From: Octopus vulgaris
Taxonomy: Eukaryota
Reading direction: 5' to 3'
Assembly: GCA_951406725.2 (NCBI GenBank)
Contig: OX597815.1
Coordinates: forward strand, 127,782,001-127,846,000
DNA length: 64,000 nt
Position numbers and translations under genes: made by a program. The notes beneath the pieces were generated by a model, which saw nothing but the letters and a program-made list of their open reading frames with translations, did not search any database and was not told the DNA's origin. Below, in pieces: positions 13,258-23,224 of this stretch (positions within the stretch are counted from its first letter, which is position 1; the number at the start of each line of letters is the position of its first letter).

Positions 13258-14950
13258 TACAATGGGTGTGAGAAGTATTTCAGGACACTAAATAATTATC
13301 AGTTTATTATTCTCTTAAATCAATTAAAAGAATTTTATTTCTTTCCTATTATCCATGGTAGATAAAGTGCTGACACAAAAAATGAAAAGATATGCAGTTA
13401 TTGCTGTGATATATGTGGAATGCATCAATGTAGAAATTACCAGCTTTCTACATGTTGCAAGATCTTTTGAACGTAAAGTTCAAATAGAAATGGAAGACTC
13501 TGGCAGGGATGTTTCAAACGTATCAAAGAGAAAAAAGCATTCTAAACATTTTTGCACTATAACGACACTGCAATTCATCCAATGGGTTCAAAACATTATT
13601 GATGATGATCCCACAAAATCTATGAGGGCTATTGCCAAAAAACTTTAGGTGTCAGAACAGACTATCAAAACTGGTGCATGAGGACATTCGATACAAGTGC
13701 TGAGGAGAGGCCAATTGATACAAGTGCTGAGGAGAGGTCTGCAAAGACACAGAAAAATCTTTTGATCCTTGCCAAGTGGTTACTTAACAAGGTTAAAACC
13801 CTTACAAATATGGCATGCTTTGATTCTTCTCTGATGAAAAAATTTTCATCCACAGCCAAAAGTCTAACAGGAGAAATTCCAATTCCTGATGGTTAAGTGC
13901 AGATCCTTCTGTTTTCATTGAATGATGCACACCAAGTTTCCAGCAATTGTGATGAATGCTTAGTGGTGAATGCCATGTCATGCCACCTCACATCTTTTGA
14001 CAGGATTTTAGAGTTAATACTATAGTGTACATTGAGCTGCTGGAGATAGATCTGTTAAGTCCTAGGTGGATTGAGTATGCAATAGAAAGCCACATGTACT
14101 TCAATAGACTCAGCACTTTCTTTCAAATTCATATAACCCAAGAATGAATGTCAGTCAATCGTTACAATCATGTAACACCAAACTTGTGGCCTCCAAACTT
14201 GCCAGATTTAAATCTCATGGAGCAATGGATGAGGAAAGCTGCATCAAGAAGTGAAGATCTCTAATTATGGAGGGAACATGTGGAAGGGGCAGATCCAAGA
14301 AGACATGGATGAAGTGGTGAGAAAGAATCTTCAGATGTTGGTCCTCAAAGAGGAGATGACAGGTGGCCAAGATTCGAAGGGTTTTCTATGCTTGAGAAAA
14401 CATGCTAAGCTAAGTAAAACTGAGGCTGTCCATGCCTATAGGCATGTCTTCTGCATCCCTCTCTCTGCCAAGAAATCCTAGTCTTGCAAACTTGTGGGTG
14501 CTAGTTTCGCATAAAAGTACCTTTGGTGGTGCCATGTAAAAGTGTCCATGCCAATGTTATGTAAAAGCACCATTGCCAGTGTCATATAAAAGCACTTGTG
14601 CCAGTGGTATGTAGAAGTGCCTGTGCCTGTCCTATGTGCTGGTGCCATATAGAAGCATATAAAAGTGGTTAAATAGAAATCATGCCAGAACAGACAAATG
14701 GAGCCAAGGCCAACTCTTGTCAAATCATCCGATCCATGCCAGTATGGAAACAGACACTGAAAGATGATGATGATCATGATGATAATGATAATGATGATGA
14801 AAGAGACACTAATATCCATCTTCATAATAATGTAGCTTCATTAAAGGCTGCCATTGTCTAGTTGATGTCCAAAATTAAAAAGGAACATTAAATGCAGGCA
14901 TATCAACAATTCAGACTGTGCACTGAAGCAGTCAACAAAGCAGAATCTGT
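13258..14950 (+). mobile_element. Degenerate Tc1/mariner-superfamily element (maT/DD37D-like), interrupted by an RTE fragment at ~14222-14798
   Basis: HTH-like ORF 13355-13648 (PTKSMRAIAKKL), KFPA, MPPHIF and LWPPNLPDLNLM motifs. The C-terminus SLKAAIV...FRLCTEAVNKAE resumes after 14800. Confidence 0.7.
14222..14798 (+). mobile_element. RTE LINE 3' fragment with degenerate tail
   Basis: GRSKKTWMKW (GRP-x-K-T-W-like) segment, degenerate module array and (GAT)n end. Confidence 0.7.
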
Positions 14951-15128
14951 ATTTAGAATAAAATCTAAGGAAACTGATTCTGGCTGTCAGTTTGTTGGGC
15001 GTTCCTCTGCTCGCCATCCAGTGATATTCATCATTGATTCAATAAGTTCATCTACCAAAATAGTTCACATCTACCATGCTGCATCATATGATTTCAACAT
15101 AATCCTTACTCAGATGGTTACCTGATGC

Positions 15129-15183
<55 letters not shown>

Positions 15184-15717
15184 TCACCATCATCATCATC
15201 ATTTAATGTCCACTTTCCATGCTAGCATGGGTTAGACAGTTTGACTGTTTGACCTCATTTTTTTATGAGATTGATGAGGCTTCTTGAGCACACTGAATCT
15301 CTAATCAGCTCAGTCTTTTATGCAAGGTTCAACAACCTGACACTGGTCTTCACTACTTCATTTCATGTTTTCCTGAATCGTCTTCTTTCATAAGTTCCAT
15401 CCACATTCAACAGTCTGTACTTCTTTATGCAGCTGTGCTCATCCATACCCATCACAAGACCATATCAGCAGTCTTCTCTTTTGTACACCACATCTGGTAC
15501 CTCTTTTGCCCAATTTTTCTCTCAGCACATTTGCACTTTGTCATACATGTACATTAATCTGGCACATCCAGTAGAGCATGCATGCGCATCTCATTTCTTT
15601 CAAGTATTCTTATGCCTTCTGCAGTCATGTTCAATACTTCACTTCCATGAAGCATTAACAAGAGAGAGGGAGAAAGAACGAGAGAGAATCTTTTGAAAGA
15701 AAATGTCAAATTCTTAC

Positions 15718-15816
15718 CTCTGGTATTGTTGCTTTATATCGTTGACTCCCGAAAACTGGACCGTTATCATTTTCATCAAGAATTATTAAGTAACATATAT
15801 TACCTACTGAGCCATC
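15718..15816 (-). CDS. Cadherin gene coding exon 5 (99 nt, phase 0-0): DGSVGNICYLIILDENDNGPVFGSQRYKATIPE
   Basis: ttttttaaattcag|GAT GGC...CCA GAG|gtaaga. Canonical cadherin linker D-x-N-D-N-x-P-x-F followed by Y-x-x-x-I-P-E. Confidence 0.93.
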
Positions 15817-15938
15817 CTGAATTTAAAAAACAGATATCAAATGTTATAATTCCATGCAATTTCAAGAACATGAATTTGATCTTGTTGATGTGTAAGCTTC
15901 TCTTCAATATAAGTATTTTTACATCACAAAAAAGCATA

Positions 15939-16325
15939 CTCTTACTCTTTTACTCTTTTAATTGTTTCAGTCATTTGACTGCGGCCATGCTGGAGCACCG
16001 CCTTTAGTCGAGCAAATCGACCCCGGGACTTATTCTATCGGTCTCTTTTGCCAAACCGCTAAGTGACGGGGACGTAAACACACCAGCATCGGTTGTCAAG
16101 CAATGCTAGGGGGACAAACACAGACACACAAACACATACACACATATATATATACATATATACGATAGGCTTTTTCAGTTTCCGTCTACCAAATCCACTC
16201 ACAAGGCATTAGTCAACCCGGGGCTATAGCAGAAGACACTTGCCCAAGATGCCACGCAGTGGGACTGAACCCGGAACCATGTGGTTGGTTAGCAACCTAC
16301 TTACCACACAGCCACTCCTGCGCCT
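15939..16325 (-). mobile_element. Full-length tRNA-derived SINE (family A)
   Basis: Minus-strand head aggcgcaggagTGGCTGTGTGGTaag...GGGTTCAGTCCC (pol III A/B boxes), CORE-like cttgggcaagtgtc, internal (TG/TA)n, LINE-like 3' end and (AAGAGTA)n tail. Confidence 0.88.
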
Positions 16326-16573
16326 ATATGCATGCATATGATAATTCAACAGTTTTGCAATCATTTGTATGAACTCATTATAAATTACATTATCGGAACT
16401 TATTTTATCACTGCTGTTAATAATATAAAGGATAAGTCAAATTAATTTTGAATAACAATATATATTTTTCACAAGCAAAATAGCTAGTTGGGAAATCTCT
16501 GTAAGAGATGAAAGTAGTGACTATACTGAGAAGTAATGTTTATTGCCACTTCAAGATGGCTGTTCTACACAAA

Positions 16574-17015
16574 GGGGGCTTCCTCTTGGGGTTAAAAATG
16601 GTAGTAACACCAGTTCATTTGGAACAGCCATGTTGCAGTGGCAACAAACATTACTTCTCAGTATAATTACTCATTTCATCTCTTGCAAAGATTTTCTAAC
16701 TAGTTACTTTGCTTGTTGCAAGATCAGTGACTGATTGTCGCTTATTTTTCTATATGTTGCGAACTGCGGAGAATTACTGCTGTCACTAGCAGACAGGTAT
16801 CCAGCATTGAGGATAGGCAAAAGTAGCCCGAAACCAGACAGTCTGCTGGCCCTGTCAAGTCACATAAAGATGGTAGAGGTTCACAACCTTGCTTGCAAAA
16901 TATATTAGGTGCAGATTACTAGAGGAGGCTTCCTCTTGCGGGTTAAAGAATGGTAGTAATGTCAGTTCATACAGAACAGCTATATTGAAGTGGTGACAAA
17001 CATTACTTCTCAATA
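16574..17015. repeat. Pair of diverged ~90-bp direct repeats (16574-16665, 16924-17015)
   Basis: ggcttcctcttg...ggttaaa...aatggtagtaa...cagttcat...gaacagc...acaaacattacttctca occurs twice, 350 bp apart. Confidence 0.75.
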
Positions 17016-17482
17016 TATATTTAGTTCTATCTTGGGAGAGTCAATCTGCCGATAAGAACAACACACATTCAGGTTCAATTCCACTTCTTTATACTTAGTC
17101 AATTATTTAAATATCTATCTATCAAACTAATGATCATTTGTTTAATGTATTGGTTAAACCAGTAGTTTCCAAAATGGGCAATACCACTCCTCTCGGTGGG
17201 GTGGAAAGATCCAAGGTGGCACTGGAAAGAAAGGGGCAATGGAGGGCAATGCCCCACCTCTACTTTTCAATGTTACATTTAAGTTTAAGAAATAGTGCTC
17301 AAATATCAATCTGGAAAATGTTTTAGTAAAACTAACTTCAAAAAGCAAGAGCAGAACAAAAATTTTTTTCAAAATCCAAAAGTTTACTAACAAAGCTGGT
17401 TATAAGATTTTAAAGAAAGTTTTCCAGGAAGATGTAAACAAAGGACATTGAACAAAAGCAACAGCAGCAGTGAGAAGAACAG

Positions 17483-18120
17483 ATCATCATCATCGTTTAA
17501 AGTCCATTTTCCATGCTGGCATAGGTTGGATGGTTTGACTGAGGTCCAGAGAGCCAGCACCAGGCTCCAATCTGATCTAACAATGTTTCTATAGCTGGAT
17601 GCGCTTCCTAATACCAACCACTCTGAGAGTGCTTTTTACATGCCACCAACACAGGAGCTAGTCAAGCAGGCCAGGCATTGATCATGTTTGGATAGTGCTT
17701 TTTATGTACCACCAGCATGGGGCCAGTCATGGGGTACTGGCATTGGCCACGTTCGGATGGTGCTTTTCAGGTGCCACCAACATGGGGGCCAGTCAGGCAG
17801 TCCTGGCATTGATCACATTAGGATAGTGCTTTTTACATGCCACCGCCAAAGGAGCAAGTCAGGGGTACTGGCATCAGCCATATTTGGATGGTACTTTTTA
17901 CGTGTGACTGGCAAGGGAGCCAGTCAGAGGGTACTGGCATCAGCCACATTCTGATGGTGCTTTTTACGTGACACCGGCACAGGGACCAGTCAGGTGTTGC
18001 TGGCTTTGATTATGTTCGGATCCAAGTTTGGATGGTGCATTTTATTTGCCTCTGGCACCGGAACCAGTTAGAGGACACTGGCCACAACTACAATTTTGGT
18101 TTTACTTGACTCAACAGATA
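17483..18120 (-). mobile_element. RTE 3' tail with seven tandem ~65-nt modules
   Basis: (ATC)n start, then seven repeats of gtgctttttacgtgccacc...gccag...ctggc between 17629 and ~18087. Confidence 0.85.
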
Positions 18121-19200
18121 ATTCACAAGTCCCGTCTGGGAGATGGTTCTCCTTGTTATGTAAGAAGGGTGTTGGGATAAATTCCATGTGTTGTACCCAG
18201 TGCAAGCTTTGGACATATAAGAAGTGAAGTGGCATCACAGGAAGGTTAATGGAGAATAGAGTCTTTGTGTGAGGCAAATGTGCAGGTACAATAAGCGCTA
18301 ATAATCTACAAGCAACAGATTCCCTCAAACACTCGGGGGACTCATTACAAGTAGTAGATAACTTCTTTTACCTAAAAGACCAAGTTAGCAGTGGTGGAGA
18401 AAATTCTGAAAGTGTAGTTGCTACAATAAGAATAGGCTGGGCAAAGTTCAGAGAGCTTCTATCTTTGTTGATAACTAAGGGCCTCTCTCTCAGAGTGAAA
18501 AGCAGATTGTATGATGCCTGTGTATGTACAGCTATGTTACATGGCAGTGAACGTACTTTGACTACAGAGGACTTCCGAAAGCTTGAAAGAAAGGAAGCTA
18601 GCATTCCCCACTGGATGAGTCATGTCAATGTGCATACACAACAGAGTGTATATGATTCAAGAGGGAAACTGGATATAAGAGGCATCGGATGCTGTGTGCA
18701 AGAGAGAAGACTGCACTGGTTTGGTCAAGTGATGTGTATGGATGAGGACAAGTGTGTAAAGAAGTGCTAAGCTCTAATTGTGAAGGGTACCTGCAGGAGG
18801 GGTAGATCCAAGAATACGTGGGACAAAGTGGTGAGAAAAGATCTTTGGAAGATGGGCCTCACTGAGGCAATGACAAAGGAGATGTAGCAATTTGCTATTC
18901 TTGATAAGACATGTCAAGTTAAGTAAAATGCTGTCTTCCACACATAGAAGCTTCAGACACCTTCAGGGGCCACATAAAAAAGCACCTGTGCTGGTGCTGT
19001 GTAAATGCACTTATGCTGGTAACATGTAAAATGCACATCCAGCACACTCTGTTAAGTGGTTGGCATAAGGAAAGGCCAGCCATAGAAACCATGCCGCAAC
19101 AGACAACTGGAGTCTGGACAGCTGCCAGCTGGCCAGCTACATGCCAAACTGTCGAACCCATGCCAGCATAGAAAATGGATGCAAAATGATGATGATGATG
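18121..19200 (+). mobile_element. RTE LINE 3' portion, degenerate
   Basis: PHD-like Cys cluster, KGLSLRVKSRLYDACVCTAMLHGSE and RRLHWFG motifs, tail and (GAT)n. Confidence 0.85.
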
Positions 19201-19224
19201 ATATAATATACATATATATATATA

Positions 19225-19578
19225 TGATCGTTACCTGCATCGCCTTACTGGCACTTGTGCTGGAGGCACATGAAAAAACATTCAAGCAAGGTCGTTGCCA
19301 GTGCCGCTGGACTGGCTCCTGTGCAGGTGGCACATAAAAAGCACCATTTGAGCGTGGTCGTTGCCAGTACTGCCTGACTGGCCCTCGTGCCGGTGGCACG
19401 TAAAAGCACCCATTATACTCTTGGAGTGATTGGCATTAGGAAGGGCATCCAGCTGTAGAAACTCTGCCAGATCAGATTGGAGCCTGGTGCAGCCATCTGG
19501 TTCGCCAGACCTCAGTCAAATCGTCCAACCCATGCTAGCATGGAAAGCAGACGTTAAACGATGATGATGATGATGATG
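19225..19578 (+). mobile_element. Well-preserved RTE 3' tail copy (three modules)
   Basis: Near-identical to the reverse complement of 21151-21495. Confidence 0.85.
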
Positions 19579-19619
19579 AAATATATATATATAACTCTAC
19601 AAGGTGTTAATTCTCACCT

Positions 19620-20090
19620 TACTGACAATGGCTAATAACCGAGACATTTGGTGATATGCTGTGCTTGAGAAAACCCATCAGGCCAAGTGAAATCATGTGT
19701 TTGATGCTGATGTCACGTAACTGGCACCTGTGCATGTGATAAGTAAAAAGCACCTTTTGAGTGTTGGGCCTCATGGAGGCAATGACAAATGAGCAAGACT
19801 TTTGGCAATATGCTTGAGAAGATGAACCATCAAGTCCTGTGGAATCTTAGTCATGACAGATATGGTGTCATGCAACTGGCACCCATGCTGGTGGCACATA
19901 AATGCACCCATTACACTCTCAGAGTGGTTGGCTTTAGGAAGGGCATCCAGTCACAGAAACCATGCCAAATCAGACTTGAGTCTAGTGCAGTACCTCAGCT
20001 TACCAGCACTGGTCAAACCATCATATGAATGCCAGCATGGTCAACAGATGTAAATGATGATGATGATGATGAGAAGGAGGAGGAGGAAGG
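19620..20090 (+). mobile_element. Older RTE 3' UTR/tail copy
   Basis: Colinear with 8700-9258; ends in (GAT)n. Confidence 0.7.
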
Positions 20091-20192
20091 TGGTGGTGGT
20101 GGTGACGATGATTATGATGATGATGACAATGAAGATGATGATGACAACAGGCCACTCTTAAAAAGTTAAGTATTAGAAGTATATATTCTTAC

Positions 20193-20225
20193 CGTAAACT
20201 CAGGAGTAAACTCAACATATCCGTT
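20193..20225 (-). CDS. Cadherin gene coding exon 4 (33-nt micro-exon, phase 0-0): NGYVEFTPEFT
   Basis: tgtattattttgcag|AAC GGA TAT GTT GAG TTT ACT CCT GAG TTT ACG|gtaaga. Strong splice sites in non-repeat DNA; supplies the segment between DRE and DxNDN. Confidence 0.78.
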
Positions 20226-20734
20226 CTGCAAAATAATACAAAGAATTATGTTCCTATTCAAGAAACTAATGTTTTATTATAAATACATAAATAATAGTAC
20301 ATATATCTGATACAGGCAAAATATAAGCAAAACCTTAATTCAACAATACTCTTCTCCCAATTATCAAGTTATATTCTCTCTATGTCATTGTTAATAATAT
20401 CACACTCTCTGATTCTCACCAAGTTGGCTAAAAGTACCTCATCCAACTTAACTTACCCTATACTTCAAACAAAACAGATTTTGAAATCCTTCCTCCTCAG
20501 ATATGCTTCCTTTAAGCACCCCTTCTTTGCCTGTTTTTATCTTCTCAGGCTCACATTTTCAAATATTCCAACAAAACATTAAATTTATTCATCTTCCTAC
20601 CATACTTTTTGCAATTGTCAAACATTACTTTAGTAAGGGTAAAACAAATGAAAACGCCTCTGTAAATATAATCAAAATTCTCAATAAAAGCCACAAAGAA
20701 ATAATGCATATACCAGTATCATACATAATTCTTC

Positions 20735-20940
20735 CTACTGTAGACACAAGCCCTGAAATTTTAGGGGAAAGGTGGCTAACCGATTATATCAACCCAAATG
20801 CTCAACTGGTAATTATCTCATCAATGATAAAAGGACGAAAGACAAAGTCAACTTCAGCTGAATTTGAATCTGGAGGCTGGAAGAAATGCTGCCAAGCATT
20901 TTGTTAGGTCTAGTAATGATTCTGCCAGCTCAATGCCTTA
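20735..20940 (-). mobile_element. Degenerate SINE (family B)
   Basis: Homologous to 35215-35430 and to the reverse complement of 2283-2432. Confidence 0.65.
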
Positions 20941-21150
20941 ACTAATATCATACATAATGATACTCAAAGTAGGTATTACATAATGCTTATCTCAAAAAAA
21001 GGGAAAAAATAAATAGAAGGCCATGAATCTAATAATTCATTTAAAACAATAAACTGCTGAACTAAACAACTGTTTAGTGAAAGTATGATGGTAAAATTCA
21101 TGGCTGTATAGCTATAAATGCAGCTTACACACTGCCTAGATACTGAATAT

Positions 21151-21495
21151 ATCATCATCATCATCATCACTTAACGTCTGCTTTCCATGCTAGCATGGGT
21201 TGGACGATTTGACTGAGGACTGGCGAACCAGATGGCTGCACCAGGCTCCAATCTGATCTGGCAGAGTTTCTACAGCTGGATGCCCTTCCTAACGCCAATC
21301 ACTCTAGGAGTGTAGTGGGTGCTTTTACGTGCCACCGGCATGAGGGCCAGTCAGGCAGTACTGGCAACGGCCATGCTCAAATGGTGTTTTTTATGTGCCA
21401 CCTGCACAGGAGCCAGTCCAGTGGCACAGGCAACGACCTCGCTCGAATGTTTTTTCATATGCCACCAGCACGGAAGCCAGTCAGCTGTCTGGCAA
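21151..21495 (-). mobile_element. Well-preserved RTE 3' tail copy, inverted relative to 19225-19578
   Basis: Direct sequence comparison. Confidence 0.85.
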
Positions 21496-22643
21496 TGATA
21501 TATAACGCTTTATTCACCAACACCCTGCAACTACAGAACTACAGTTTAATTATATCTACTTTGTGTTTCTTATCATTTTTACAGTCTGTCATGCTTCTTT
21601 CTCTTGATCAACTATTTTCCATTTCTTTCTAACCAATCAAATCATATTCACTGCCTTTTCCCTTTTTAATAATTTAAGCTAACTCTGAGCTATTGATGCT
21701 TCATCTGATACACTATACCAATATACTTTTGCATTTTCACACCACTTTTCTTTAATACAACACTTTATTTGTTAAGATTCATTTTATTGATCCTTGAGGA
21801 AATATTGGTTCATTTTCAAATCCACTTCTAGTTTACTTTATTTTACACTATATCTCTGGAAATACTGTAAACCTAATACTTCCTACAATAGTGATTCACC
21901 TCAAGAGACATGATCTCTACAATAAAGCAGACCACCTAGATGCTTCATTACTCAAAAATGAAAAAGAACCTTCCTCTGAAAGATGATGTTCGAAGTCCTT
22001 CAAAACAACCTCTCTATCACTGGTATCATGATAAACACACAGTCTACTTTTGAAATAGTAAACATAACATGCTGCTCGATTTTAAACCAGTTTCTGGATA
22101 TTTAGATGCTTTTAGCAAGGTCCAGGCTGTTGCTGCAATTATTCAAACTGTAACTCAATTCAAGGGAAAGCTGAAATCTTCACACTTGATTTTCACTTGT
22201 GACTTCATACAATCTGCAAGATATTCCACTTTCGAAATTGCACCTGAGATTTCTCATTTGTTATCAAGAAAATCTATACTAATGCCCAAGAATTCTCATA
22301 TCTGACACTTTTCAGTCGACATGACTAAATTTTGTACAAAATTCTCTTTCCTCCCCATCTCATTTATAGTCACCAAGTGCAAAACCTTCTGTGTTTACTT
22401 TAGTCTACCACCACTCTCAGACAGTGTGCTCTCAAATGGGCCTATATTCTCAATTAACCAATGAACTTTTTATCATTTTATGTCTCATCCCATTTTCAAC
22501 TGAGTGACTACAAGTTTTATAAATAAAGATAAATGAAAATGCCCTTATCAACAATGCTGTTTTGTTTTTTATTCATCTTATTTCATTTTCATTATTTATT
22601 AATGTCAGCATGTGGAAATTATTTCAAGAAATTTTGTACATAC

Positions 22644-22816
22644 CGGAACATTTTCTCTGTCAATTACTTTTATGGTAACCAAATCAAACTTGTTACATGA
22701 TGCAGTATTAGTACAAGAAAGATTATCTACTACTCTTAAATAGTTCAGTATATCTCCCTTTAAAGTTAATTTAGGGAAATTGTTTCCAGTCACTTCAACA
22801 GTTGCAACAACAGTGC
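22644..22816 (-). CDS. Cadherin gene coding exon 3 (173 nt, phase 1-0): TVVATVEVTGNNFPKLTLKGDILNYLRVVDNLSCTNTASCNKFDLVTIKVIDRENVP
   Basis: attttctttttcag|GC ACT GTT...GTT CCG|gtatgt. Contains GT-V-x-x-V and the (L/I)DRE calcium-binding motif. Confidence 0.88.
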
Positions 22817-23224
22817 CTGAAAAAGAAAATTTACTATGAGTAAAAATGATAGCATTAAATTCATGGTATACTCAGCATTTTTTTTTCTTTCATTTTTACT
22901 GTTTTATAATCAACTTTTGCATACTAGAAAAGATAAGATGGCATTTATTGAAAACATTTCTTTTTGTAACTGGATGCCCTTACTAGAATGATTTTACCAG
23001 TCAAGCAAACTGGAACAAGACACATTTTGTGCCTCGCTTAACCCTTTACCTGTCAAAAGCATTTGCATAAATTTGTCCTAAATGTCTACAATTGTTTTCA
23101 GACTTTTAGTTATTCTTTGCTTCATATATTCTGAGTAATATAAAACACTCTTTTCCAAAGTCCCAAGCTACTCTAGTGAATGAAAAAATTGGGGATATGT
23201 ATAAAATATGAAATATGGGCTATA

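Noticed and set aside
16250-16325. tRNA gene
   Set aside because: A/B boxes are present but they are the head of a SINE; no complete cloverleaf.
17629-18087. CRISPR-like repeat-spacer appearance of the module arrays
   Set aside because: The apparent spacers are homologous to each other, the arrays sit in LINE 3' tails, the context is eukaryotic and there are no cas genes.
21550-22500. Possible very old LINE remnants here and at ~26300-26780
   Set aside because: Composition is suggestive but I could not read diagnostic motifs with confidence.
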